Part shown: positions 1 to 8,388 of the stretch, piece after piece
Layout: every line of letters begins with the position of its first letter
Numbering within the stretch: position 1 is the first letter of the stretch
Source of the DNA: Candidatus Korarchaeum cryptofilum OPF8
GTDB taxonomy: Archaea; Korarchaeota; Korarchaeia; Korarchaeales; Korarchaeaceae
NCBI RefSeq assembly: GCF_000019605.1
Contig: NC_010482.1
Span: 1,558,758 to 1,590,757, forward strand
Direction: 5' to 3'
DNA: 32,000 bases
Translations under genes and position numbers: made by a program
Notes under the pieces: generated by a model
What the model was told of the DNA's origin: nothing
Databases searched by the model: none
What the model saw: only the letters and a program-made list of their open reading frames with translations

Positions 1-34
1 AATAATCCCTGGGTGAGCATCCTGAGGAGGAAAG

Positions 35-799
35 GTGAGGACCTTGAAAGTGAGAGTGATTGAGCTATCCGATCAAAGGACTCTTCTGGTCCTAGAAGGG
101 GTATCTCCATCATTCGCGAACTCAATAAGGAGGGCAATAATAGCCGAAGTCCCGACTTTCGCGATAGATGAGGTTATATTCTTCGAGAACACGACCCCCT
201 TCTTCGACGAATATATAGCGCATAGGCTGGCGATGATACCCCTCAGGACGAGCCTCGACGTACTTAGGGTCGATCCCAATAGGACTGTAGTACTCGAATT
301 ATCGAAGAAGGCGAAGGATCCGATAGAGGTAGTTTATTCTGGGGAGCTCAAGTCTTCAGATCCGCTCATATATCCGGCTAACGATAAGATACCGATAATA
401 AAGATGAGGAAAGGGCAGAAACTGAGGTTTCAGGCTATAGCTAGGATCGGTAGAGGGAAAGATCATTCCAAGTGGTCACCGGCAGCAGCAGTCGGTTATA
501 GTTACATGCCAATTTACGAACTGAAGGATCCAGTGGAATGTGATTTGAGCCAATGCTCTAACTGCATCGAGTCTGATGGCGGAATTTCGAGGGTAGATTA
601 CCCAGTCCTCTGCGAGGGATGCCTCGAGGCGCTGGAGAGATGCAGGGTCAGGAACCCGGATAAGATAATCAGGAGATGGGATGAATCGAGGATCATCATA
701 AGCTATGAATCCACGGGCTCTCTGAGACCGGAGGAGATATTCAGTGAGGCATTGAATCAAGTGAAGGGGAAGCTCGGGGAGCTGCTCAATAAGATATAG
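35..799 (+). CDS. rpoD: DNA-directed RNA polymerase subunit D (Rpo3)
   Basis: GTG start at 35 is preceded by GAGGAGG at 24-30. The 254-aa product has an N-terminus (SFANSIRRAIIAEVPT...DEYIAHRLAMIPL) typical of the RpoD/Rpb3 family. A Cys-rich insert with 6 Cys (CDLSQCSNC...LCEGC...RC) fits the archaeal D-subunit Fe-S domain. Confidence 0.9.
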   Translation: MRTLKVRVIELSDQRTLLVLEGVSPSFANSIRRAIIAEVPTFAIDEVIFFENTTPFFDEYIAHRLAMIPLRTSLDVLRVDPNRTVVLELSKKAKDPIEVVYSGELKSSDPLIYPANDKIPIIKMRKGQKLRFQAIARIGRGKDHSKWSPAAAVGYSYMPIYELKDPVECDLSQCSNCIESDGGISRVDYPVLCEGCLEALERCRVRNPDKIIRRWDESRIIISYESTGSLRPEEIFSEALNQVKGKLGELLNKI

Positions 800-805
800 A
801 TAACG

Positions 806-813
806 TTTTTAAT
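806..813 (+). promoter_or_regulatory. TATA-like box (TTTTTAAT) for tRNA-Leu
   Basis: The AT-rich octamer is centred about 26 nt upstream of tRNA nucleotide 1 (836), the canonical archaeal TATA-to-TSS spacing. Confidence 0.45.
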
Positions 814-835
814 CTGTTGAGGCATATAGGCTTGA

Positions 836-922
836 GCGGGGGTAGCCAAGCCAGGTCCAAGGCGCCCGCTTGAGGGGCGGGTGGGCGTCAGGCCCGCGTG
901 GGTTCAAATCCCACCCCCCGCA
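836..922 (+). tRNA. tRNA-Leu (anticodon GAG), class II with long variable arm
   Basis: Hand fold: acceptor GCGGGGG/CCCCCGC, anticodon stem CCCGC/GCGGG with loop TTGAGGG (anticodon GAG). The variable arm is long (TGGGCGTCAGGCCCGC), the T arm is GTGGG-TTCAAAT-CCCAC and the discriminator is A. No CCA is encoded. Confidence 0.92.
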
Positions 923-924
923 CT

Positions 925-941
925 AAAAAAAAAAAGAAAAA
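925..941 (-). terminator. oligo-T terminator (T5-C-T11 on minus strand) downstream of the bd-oxidase operon
   Basis: The plus strand reads A11-G-A5 immediately after the stop of the 948..2102 minus-strand gene. Oligo-T runs are the established archaeal termination signal. Confidence 0.6.
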
Positions 942-947
942 GAGAGA

Positions 948-2102
948 TTATTCTCCTTTAATCAGCGTTTCATATATGAAGTAGCCTATCGCTGCGAGCA
1001 ATATCGCTATCCCGAGAGCTGTTATTGAGAGCAGTGTGGGGTCGTTGGCCAGTGGACTAACGTTCTCCAGGTATAGAGCTCTCCCCAACACTGTCCTCCA
1101 TGGCTCAGGTATCTTATCAGCTACTATCGGTAGATTAGCTAGGAAGTACGGGTACTGACTGAACATATTCAGGTACTCTCCAGTCAATATCGTGAAAGCT
1201 GCCGATGTCGTTGCGAGAGCTGAGAGCTTGAAGTTAACGTTACCGAACATTAGCCTCAGTATAGCGTATATCTGGACCGCTATAAGTATTATCTTGATCA
1301 GAAAGAGCCAGCTCATGTCGACTGTCTCAACCCCGCCTAATCCCCATCCGAAGGATCTGAAGATATTGTTGAACTTCATCGGCGTCGATATCAATGACAT
1401 GGAGTACCATGGGCCCAGTATCAGCATTATGAAAGTCCCTATCACAGCTATCCTCAATGAAGTAGAGTAGATCTGGGAGCTCTCCTCACTCCTCTCCCTA
1501 GCTATTCGATAAGCTGACAGGGCTGAGATGAAGAGGGAGCCGAACGTTATGGCACCGAAGATACTCTTGAGGTAGAGGGGCGCGAAAGTCGGGTTGGCTA
1601 GAGCCTCGAAAGCATCTATATAGGGCTTTCCATCTATTTTAAGTCCAGCTGGCGTGTTCAGGAAGGCGAAAACCAGCCTGAAGCCCAGGGGTATTGTGTA
1701 TGCTGTGATAGCTAATAGGATCCCGGAGGAGAGGTGAGCCCATCTCGGGAAGGAGTCCCAGCCGTAGTAGTAGAGCACTATAGCTAGGAAGTGGACCAGT
1801 ATTGAGAGTATCGCTATCCCGAATGGGAGCAGTGTTATATTTCCAGCGATCCCTATGAACTCCGGATAGAAGCTGAGCAGGAATACTGTGAAGGCAGTCC
1901 CCATGACTCCAGCTATCGCATATATAGCTGCATATATCCTGAAGATCCCCTTAGCTATTCCATCCAGCCTCTCGTTCCTCGTTAGATCGGCCTTCCTCTT
2001 CAGCAGCGGTATTATCGTAGAGAGAGCTATCCCCAGATTAACGGCCACTATATGTATGCCGAAAACGAGAGCTATGAAGTAGACCTGCGGGATCATGATC
2101 AC
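948..2102 (-). CDS. cytochrome bd-family subunit in the subunit-II position; sequence looks like a CydA paralog (CydA')
   Basis: The 384-aa polytopic membrane protein starts at GTG 2102, overlapping the cydA stop (GTGA); ATG 2096 is an alternative. It aligns by eye with the upstream CydA: GIHIVAVNLGI vs IELHWIILQYVLG, AIAGVMGTAFTVFLLSFYPEF vs AVGAASGTLSEFGLVLIWPNL, and YYYGWDSFPRWAHL vs LVFGWKKIGVRGRL. I see no canonical CydB N-terminal motif. Confidence 0.75.
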   Translation of the reverse strand: MIMIPQVYFIALVFGIHIVAVNLGIALSTIIPLLKRKADLTRNERLDGIAKGIFRIYAAIYAIAGVMGTAFTVFLLSFYPEFIGIAGNITLLPFGIAILSILVHFLAIVLYYYGWDSFPRWAHLSSGILLAITAYTIPLGFRLVFAFLNTPAGLKIDGKPYIDAFEALANPTFAPLYLKSIFGAITFGSLFISALSAYRIARERSEESSQIYSTSLRIAVIGTFIMLILGPWYSMSLISTPMKFNNIFRSFGWGLGGVETVDMSWLFLIKIILIAVQIYAILRLMFGNVNFKLSALATTSAAFTILTGEYLNMFSQYPYFLANLPIVADKIPEPWRTVLGRALYLENVSPLANDPTLLSITALGIAILLAAIGYFIYETLIKGE

Positions 2103-3715
2103 ACCTCCCTAACCGATGGAACGTAAAGGAGCTTCCAAACGGCTAATATTAGAGCTAAAGCCACGGAAATCACTATTAAAGCTATTAAGCCATAAGATAG
2201 TGGATCTCCTGGGTTAGCTGTGTGAGCTACATCCACAGTCATTATGCCGTAGATGGACCAGGGCTTCCTCCCCATCTCCCTGACGGCCCATCCTAGGAAA
2301 CTTATGATATGGGCCACTATAGGGGTCAGAATGTTTATTTTGAGCAGAGCTGGTGAAAGGCTTCCTCTCATGACTAATATCGCTGAGATCAAAGCATATA
2401 GACCTAAGAGAATGCTTAAGCCAGTCTTGAAGTAGTATAGGTAGTGCAGCATGAGAGGAGGCCTGCAGTCGAGTGCAGCTCCAGCTAGCGTACAATAATC
2501 CTGGGGTATCGAATCGTAATCAGGCAGTTTAGCTTCGAAGCTCCCATAAGCTATGAAACTCATGATCCTCTCGATTCCTAGAGATCTGCTGAAGCTGAAT
2601 ATCCCCTTACTAGTACCTTCCATTGCAGCCAATTTCTCGGGATTGTATGAGGCTATCTCAGTCCCTATGATGTGCCCGAAAACGAGTCCTTGAACAGCTA
2701 TGAAGATCAAGCCCAGGAAGATCCCCAGCTTCATTCCACTGGCATAATAGACTTTCTTCTTATTGCTCCTAGATCTTAGGAGTAGCAGGGAGTAGCCCCC
2801 GAATATAGTGAATCCCGTCACTGTGATCGCTGCCCCCAGGGCATGCAATATGCTTCCGGCGTAAACCGGGGAGAGGAAGGTGACCATAGTATATCCAACG
2901 CTCTTAACAGTGTTAGTCAGTATTTTATCGACGATATCCTTCACGAGGAGATCCTTAACGCTTCCGAGGGCCTCTTCCTTTATTACGAGTGAGAGTACGC
3001 TATCCCCTACTCTGACGTTACTCCAGGACTCACTCGCGAGCTTGGATACTATCTTAGATGGGAGTAGGACAGCGACGCCTTCATTTCTCTCTCCCAGAAC
3101 TTCCATGCCGAGAGATAAGAGCTTGTTCACATCCAATACGCTTACTATCTCCTTGGGGACTACTAGGAGGACCTTTGGATATCCCTTATCGTACTTCCAT
3201 CCGCTCATCGGATCATATGAAGCCTGTATCCCAGTGGGGGCAACCATGTAACTGTTCACGCTCATTATGAGGGCTCCTGAAAGCCAGGCTCCTGTTAAAG
3301 CTAGGAATGCTAAGATCAGCCTCCCCCTAACTCCTATCTTCTTCCATCCGAACACTAAGAAGTATATGAAGGTTATCTCTATGAGGAAGGCGAAGATCTC
3401 AGCGTAGAGGGGGAAGAATATGTATCTGCCAGCAGCCTCGAGTAAGTTGGGCCATATTAAAACCAAACCGAACTCGCTCAATGTCCCGCTAGCAGCTCCT
3501 ACCGCGAATATTATGCCCAATGCCTTCGTCATGGTCCTGGCCATCTCATTCCACTTCTCATCCCTTCTCCTCGCGTAGAGCAGTAGCGAGAGGATTATGA
3601 AGAGGGGCAAGCCGAGGACGTACTGCAATATGATCCAGTGGAGCTCTATCCCTATGATGGACAGTATCCTATCTAGGGGAGCGGGGTAACCTAACCATTG
3701 ACCAATGAGGTCCAA
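2099..3715 (-). CDS. cydA: cytochrome bd oxidase subunit I (CydA)
   Basis: 538 aa, with a TTG start at 3715 preceded by GGGGGTGA. It has a conserved TM1 His (ELHWII), a GTLSEF motif, a long hydrophilic loop in the Q-loop position, and a C-terminal GWAVREMGRKPW that matches the GRQPW signature. Confidence 0.9.
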   Translation of the reverse strand: MDLIGQWLGYPAPLDRILSIIGIELHWIILQYVLGLPLFIILSLLLYARRRDEKWNEMARTMTKALGIIFAVGAASGTLSEFGLVLIWPNLLEAAGRYIFFPLYAEIFAFLIEITFIYFLVFGWKKIGVRGRLILAFLALTGAWLSGALIMSVNSYMVAPTGIQASYDPMSGWKYDKGYPKVLLVVPKEIVSVLDVNKLLSLGMEVLGERNEGVAVLLPSKIVSKLASESWSNVRVGDSVLSLVIKEEALGSVKDLLVKDIVDKILTNTVKSVGYTMVTFLSPVYAGSILHALGAAITVTGFTIFGGYSLLLLRSRSNKKKVYYASGMKLGIFLGLIFIAVQGLVFGHIIGTEIASYNPEKLAAMEGTSKGIFSFSRSLGIERIMSFIAYGSFEAKLPDYDSIPQDYCTLAGAALDCRPPLMLHYLYYFKTGLSILLGLYALISAILVMRGSLSPALLKINILTPIVAHIISFLGWAVREMGRKPWSIYGIMTVDVAHTANPGDPLSYGLIALIVISVALALILAVWKLLYVPSVREV

Positions 3716-3951
3716 TAAATCACCCCCAGAGTTTTAATGCAGTCTACATCCAGATTTTTTTATAAATTTTATGGTTATAATAATTAACTGCAGCTATAGT
3801 ACGATTTTCAGTAATAATCGTTAGGTGCTTCACCGCTAATAGAAACGAAAACTTAGAAATACGAGCGTTATTATGTCAAGAATATTTTAATAACCTCATC
3901 TATAGAAACTCATCATTACTGCCATAATTCAGAGCCCGGAAAGATTAAAAG
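3716..3951. promoter_or_regulatory. AT-rich divergent intergenic control region (cydA to the left, MFS to the right)
   Basis: This 236-nt region has no ORF and about 31 percent G+C by hand count (74 of 236). It contains several TATA-like blocks (TTTTTTTATAAATTTT at 3755-3770, AATATTTTAATAA at 3881-3893). Confidence 0.55.
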
Positions 3952-3972
3952 GTGCATTGGAGGATAGTTCTG

Positions 3973-5274
3973 ATGGTTATGCACCTAACGGAGCTCTTGG
4001 ATAGAGTTGAGGTCGGGAGATTCCACTACAAGATACTATTGACCTCCTCCCTAATTTACGGCCTCACTGGGATGAATGTGATGCTCATCGCATCTTTGGT
4101 ACGCCCCATAGCTAGGGAATGGGGACTTGATACGATCACAGTGGGCTATCTGTTGAGCGTAGGTTATCTCGGTATGTTCCTAGGCGCTCTACTATTCGGC
4201 AGGTTAGCTGATGTTATAGGAAGGAGGAAAGTTCTAATATTTGTCATAATAATGGAATCGATTTTCACGGCAGCATGCGGATTAGCTCCAGATCTATCAA
4301 CACTTTATACGCTCAGATTCCTGGCGGGGATAGGATTGGGTGGGGCCTTACCTCAGCCGGCCGTCTACGTCTCGGAGTACATACCTAAGGGGAGGAGGGG
4401 ACTATTCCTAGGCCTTGTAGAGACGAGTTGGGTCTACGGGGCAATACTATCCTTACTGATACCATATTTCCTGCTCCCATCTCTAGGATGGAGATTGACT
4501 TTCTCAGTAGCTCTGCTCCCCTTGATAGCTCTTCCCCTCACGTTAGCTTACCTGCCGGAGAGCCTCAGGTTCCTCATGGCGAGAGGAATGGTCGAGGACG
4601 TGAATTCCCTGTTACGTAAGATAGGGATAACCGAGTTGAAGGAAGTAAAACTCGACTCCGCTAAGAAGTACAGCTTGAAGGATCTCTTCTCCCAGAAGTA
4701 TATGAAGAGGACCTTGCTCCTCTTCATCCTCTGGGGAGGGCTCATATACACGTATCACGGGATATTCCTCTGGCTCCCCACGATATACGCGAAGCAATTC
4801 GGATTGGAAGATGTCACATCCATAGGGTGGAGCTTATTAGTCACGCTCTTCCAAATACCCGGTTATTACTCTGCATCGTTCCTCCTAGATAGGATAGGAA
4901 GGAGGAAAGTCCTCGCGATATACCTAACGGCTGCAGGGCTTGCCTCAGCCCTCCTGAGCCTCAGAATTGATCTTTCCTGGGTTTTCATCTTCAGCTCCAT
5001 GATATCCTTCTTCAACTTGGGAGCTTGGGCTGGGCTTTACGCTTACACTCCAGAGCTCTATCCTACTGAGATAAGGGGAACTGGCTCTGGTGCTGCAGCT
5101 AGCTTCGGGAGGCTCATGGGAATATTGGCTCCATCGATAACCGGCTATCTATTCGCGACCACCGGTCTCTCGGGTCCCTTCATCGTATTCTCCTTCGTGC
5201 ATATATTCGCGGGTCTATCAGTCATTTTACTTGGAATCGAAACAATGGGAAAATCTTTAGAGGAACTGATCTAA
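3973..5274 (+). CDS. MFS transporter (metabolite:H+ symporter type, SV2/NiaP-like)
   Basis: About 12 TM segments and MFS motif A (GRLADVIGRRK, repeated as DRIGRRK in the second half). ATG 3973 is preferred because GGAGGA lies 9 nt upstream. The ORF stays open back to GTG 3952. Confidence 0.85.
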   Translation: MVMHLTELLDRVEVGRFHYKILLTSSLIYGLTGMNVMLIASLVRPIAREWGLDTITVGYLLSVGYLGMFLGALLFGRLADVIGRRKVLIFVIIMESIFTAACGLAPDLSTLYTLRFLAGIGLGGALPQPAVYVSEYIPKGRRGLFLGLVETSWVYGAILSLLIPYFLLPSLGWRLTFSVALLPLIALPLTLAYLPESLRFLMARGMVEDVNSLLRKIGITELKEVKLDSAKKYSLKDLFSQKYMKRTLLLFILWGGLIYTYHGIFLWLPTIYAKQFGLEDVTSIGWSLLVTLFQIPGYYSASFLLDRIGRRKVLAIYLTAAGLASALLSLRIDLSWVFIFSSMISFFNLGAWAGLYAYTPELYPTEIRGTGSGAAASFGRLMGILAPSITGYLFATTGLSGPFIVFSFVHIFAGLSVILLGIETMGKSLEELI

Positions 5275-5286
5275 AAAATTATAAAA

Positions 5287-5292
5287 TTTTTT
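5287..5292 (+). terminator. T6 run downstream of the MFS gene
   Basis: TTTTTT lies 13 nt after the MFS stop codon. Confidence 0.5.
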
Positions 5293-5385
5293 AATTTCTC
5301 ATCGGATGATCATGAAATTATCCGAAAATATGGTGGGAGATGCGAGCTAAATTTATTTAGGGAGGACTCCCTGTTCGGGAGGAGG

Positions 5386-5754
5386 GTGAAGTTGAAACCG
5401 ACGGGACCTACGAACATAAGGCTGGTGAGGATGATAAGGAATCTTGAGATAGCATCTAGGGTGAATGATGCGCCTATCTGGAAGGCTGTCGCCGAGAAAT
5501 TGAGGAGGCAGACGAGGAGGAGAATAGAGGTCAATCTGTGGAAGATAGAGAAATACTCAGATGGTGTGGCTGCCGTAGTGGTCCCAGGGAAGGTATTGGG
5601 AGAAGGTGAGATAACTAAGCCTGTAATAGTCGCAGCAGCGGGATTCACAAGGTCGGCTAAGAGGAAGATAGAGGAAGCCGGAGGAAAGGCCATCTTACTG
5701 GACGATTACGCTAAGATAAACCCCAAGGGGTCCCATACAAGGATAGTAGGGTGA
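5386..5754 (+). CDS. rpl18e: 50S ribosomal protein L18e
   Basis: GTG start follows GGAGG. The 122-aa product (KPTGPTNIRLVRMIRNL...VVVPGKVLGEGEI...AAGFTRSAKRKIEEAGGKA) is typical L18e. The gene is followed by L13 and S9, as in the conserved archaeal cluster. Confidence 0.92.
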   Translation: MKLKPTGPTNIRLVRMIRNLEIASRVNDAPIWKAVAEKLRRQTRRRIEVNLWKIEKYSDGVAAVVVPGKVLGEGEITKPVIVAAAGFTRSAKRKIEEAGGKAILLDDYAKINPKGSHTRIVG

Positions 5755-5759
5755 TCTGA

Positions 5760-6236
5760 ATGAATTTCGATCTTGTTATTGATGCTGAGAATAAGATCCT
5801 CGGCAGGATAGCTTCCCTAGCTGCTAAAGAGCTTTTGAAAGGTAAGAGGGTCGCGATAGTCAATGCTGAGAAGGCAATAATTTCAGGAAATCCAGAGACG
5901 ATACTCAAGAAATACCAGACGAGAAGATCTATCCAGAGCAGGATAAATCCGAGGAAATCTCCAGTGCAGCCTAGGACACCTGACAGGATTGTCTGGAGGA
6001 CCGTGAGGGGGATGCTTCCGATGAAGAAAGCTAAAGGGAGAGAGGCTCTCAGGAGGCTCAGGGTTTTCATAGGGGTCCCCGAGGAGCTCGCAAATGTGGA
6101 GAAGGATTCTATAATAAAGGGGGATGTCAAGTACACGATAGATTCCCTGAAGCCCAAGAAGAGCAAGCGTTATATTACTGTCCTCACTCTCTCGAAGCTG
6201 TTAGGTTGGGGTGGAGAATATGTCTCCGAAAGCTAA
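5760..6236 (+). CDS. rpl13: 50S ribosomal protein L13 (uL13)
   Basis: 158 aa. VIDAENKILGRIASLAAKELLKGKRVAIVNAEKAIISG is the uL13 N-terminal signature. Confidence 0.95.
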   Translation: MNFDLVIDAENKILGRIASLAAKELLKGKRVAIVNAEKAIISGNPETILKKYQTRRSIQSRINPRKSPVQPRTPDRIVWRTVRGMLPMKKAKGREALRRLRVFIGVPEELANVEKDSIIKGDVKYTIDSLKPKKSKRYITVLTLSKLLGWGGEYVSES

Positions 6237-6639
6237 GGAAGTATACGCCCTAGCCTCCGCTAGGAGGAAGACCGCTAGGGCTATGGCCGTTATAAGGAAA
6301 GGATCTGGGAGGCTCTACATAAACGGCCTGCCCGTAGAAGTCTTCGCGCCTAATGAGTTCGTGAGGATGAAGATACTGGAGCCCCTATGGCTGGCGATGG
6401 ATCACGTCAAGGACCTGGATATATTCGCGAGAGTGAAGGGTGGGGGTTTCATGGCCCAAGCCGATGCCCTGAGGATGGCTATAGGTAGGGCCTTAGTCAA
6501 CTACACCAAGAGCGATCGCCTCAAGGAGATCTTCAAGGAATATGATAGGACCATATTGAAGGGAGATCCAAGGCAGACAGAACCTAAGAAGTACGGTGGT
6601 AGGAGCGCTAGGGCCAGGTTCCAGAAGTCTTATAGGTGA
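6220..6639 (+). CDS. rps9: 30S ribosomal protein S9 (uS9)
   Basis: The C-terminus ARARFQKSYR and the ASARRKTARA motif identify uS9. ATG 6220 with GGTGGAG upstream is preferred; the ORF is open from GTG 6211. It overlaps the L13 3' end. Confidence 0.95.
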   Translation: MSPKAKEVYALASARRKTARAMAVIRKGSGRLYINGLPVEVFAPNEFVRMKILEPLWLAMDHVKDLDIFARVKGGGFMAQADALRMAIGRALVNYTKSDRLKEIFKEYDRTILKGDPRQTEPKKYGGRSARARFQKSYR

Positions 6640-6665
6640 GTCCCCGATAAGAGCTGGGTGATCTC

Positions 6666-7070
6666 ATGTCAGTCACTAGGGGTAGCGCGGGGGATCTGAG
6701 GAAGGGCAGTTATGTCATCCTGGATGACGAGCCATGCGAAGTCCTAGAAGTATCGAAATCGAAGCCGGGGAAGCATGGCTCAGCTAAAGTTAGGGTTGAG
6801 GCCAGGGGAATATTTGATGGAGCGAGGAGATCCAAGATATTCCCAGCAGATGCCCTAGTTGAGATACCGATCGTAGATAAGAAGACAGCTCAAGTGATAA
6901 ACGTCTACGGAAATGTAGTGCAGCTCATGGATCTGGAGACTTATGAGACCTTCGAACTACCTCTCCCCGAAGATCCGGAATTGGCCTCGAGGCTGAAGAG
7001 CGGGATAGAGGTGGAGTACTGGGAGTCGATGGGGAAGAGGAAGATAGTTAGGACGAGGGGTGGCGTATAG
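6666..7070 (+). CDS. eif5a: translation initiation factor 5A (aIF5A)
   Basis: 134 aa with the hypusine-site motif SKSKPGKHGSAKV. Confidence 0.95.
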   Translation: MSVTRGSAGDLRKGSYVILDDEPCEVLEVSKSKPGKHGSAKVRVEARGIFDGARRSKIFPADALVEIPIVDKKTAQVINVYGNVVQLMDLETYETFELPLPEDPELASRLKSGIEVEYWESMGKRKIVRTRGGV

Positions 7071-7074
7071 TTAA

Positions 7075-8388
7075 TTGGTTTTAGAGAAGCTTGGGAGCTC
7101 CCTAAGGAATGCTGTGAGCAAGATAATGGGTAAATCTGTCATAGATGAGGCTGCTGTCAACGAATTCGTTCGAGAAGTTCAGAGGTCCCTGATAGAAGCT
7201 GATGTCGATGTTAAGCTCGTCTTAGAGATAAGTAGGAGGATCAAGGAGAGGGCCCTTAAGGAGAGCCCACCGCCGGGCTTCAGTAGAAGGGACCTAGCTG
7301 TTAAGATACTCTATGAGGAGCTCACGAACCTCCTGGGGAGGAAGCCCGCTGAGATACCTATGGAAAGTAAGAAGACGAATGTGATAATGATGGTCGGTAT
7401 AGAGGGTTCGGGGAAAACAACCACTGTCGCTAAGCTGGCTTTCTGGTTATCGAAGAGATTCGGAAAAGTCGGGATAATCTCCGCGGATGTCATGAGACCG
7501 GCCTCGAAGCTCCAGATAGAGCAATTAGTCGGCCCTGATATCCCCGTCTTCTCGAAGGAATCCAAGGATCCTGTGGAGATAATGAGGGAGGGTATAGAGT
7601 TCTTCAAGAGGGAGAGGTATAACTTCGTGATAATAGACACAGCGGGGAGGCATAAGGATGAGAGCAGTTTGATGAGCGAGCTCGATGCTTACAGGGAAAT
7701 AGGGCCCGATCTAGTCATATTAACAATAGATGGGACGATCGGGCAGGCAGCTTATGCACAAGCGAGGGCTTTCGCTGAGAAGGTGCCTGTGGGTGGCGTC
7801 ATAGTGACTAAGCTCGATGGAGCTGCTAAGGGGGGCGGTGCGCTCTCAGCAGTAGCAGCATCAGGGGCTCCGATACTCTTCATAGGCACCGGGGAGAGGG
7901 TAGATGATCTCGAGAGGTTCGATCCCGAGAGGTTCGTTTCTAGGCTCTTAGGTGGTGGGGACATAATTGAACTCGCTATGAGAATAGAGGAGGCATTTAA
8001 GGAGAGCAGATTGATGGAGAGGATGTCAAAGGGGAAGTTCGACTTAGAGGATTTCAGGGAGTATATTCAGCAGCTTGGGAAAGCTGGCCCTATGGAGAAG
8101 CTCTTGGAGATGGTCCCGGGGATCGGTGGTAGAGTGCAGCTAGATGTAAACTCGGGGGAGATGGATAGGTGGATAGCGATAATAAACTCGATGACCCCCG
8201 AGGAGAGGAGAGATCCGTCCCTGATAAGGGGATCTAGGATAGAGAGGATAGCTAGGGGATCTGGAGTCACTGCCAAGGAAGTCAGGAAACTTTTGAAATC
8301 TTATCATCAGGCTAAGAAGCTCATAGAATCTATGTCATCGGAATCTAAGGCTAGGCGGCTCTTCAGGAGGATGGGCATAGGTGGATGA
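7075..8388 (+). CDS. srp54: signal recognition particle protein SRP54
   Basis: TTG start with N-terminus MVLEKLGSSL. GTPase motifs are GIEGSGKTTT, DTAGR and TKLDG, followed by a Met-rich M domain. Confidence 0.97.
   Translation: MVLEKLGSSLRNAVSKIMGKSVIDEAAVNEFVREVQRSLIEADVDVKLVLEISRRIKERALKESPPPGFSRRDLAVKILYEELTNLLGRKPAEIPMESKKTNVIMMVGIEGSGKTTTVAKLAFWLSKRFGKVGIISADVMRPASKLQIEQLVGPDIPVFSKESKDPVEIMREGIEFFKRERYNFVIIDTAGRHKDESSLMSELDAYREIGPDLVILTIDGTIGQAAYAQARAFAEKVPVGGVIVTKLDGAAKGGGALSAVAASGAPILFIGTGERVDDLERFDPERFVSRLLGGGDIIELAMRIEEAFKESRLMERMSKGKFDLEDFREYIQQLGKAGPMEKLLEMVPGIGGRVQLDVNSGEMDRWIAIINSMTPEERRDPSLIRGSRIERIARGSGVTAKEVRKLLKSYHQAKKLIESMSSESKARRLFRRMGIGG

Noticed and set aside
2880-3251. 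123-aa plus-strand ORF, and other short ORFs, inside cydA
   Set aside because: It is antisense to a membrane-protein gene with clear CydA signatures, and its sequence is low-complexity and Ser/Thr/Leu-rich.
5301-5330. CGGAUGA followed after 12 nt by CCGA upstream of rpl18e, sharing an 11-nt string (CATCGGATGAT) with the 13740 candidate
   Set aside because: There is no second box pair, no closing stem and no true CUGA. It is most likely a chance match in promoter or leader DNA.
5711-6166. 151-aa minus-strand ORF opposite rpl13; the 127-aa ORF at 5310..5693 opposite rpl18e is similar
   Set aside because: Both are antisense shadows of highly conserved ribosomal protein genes.
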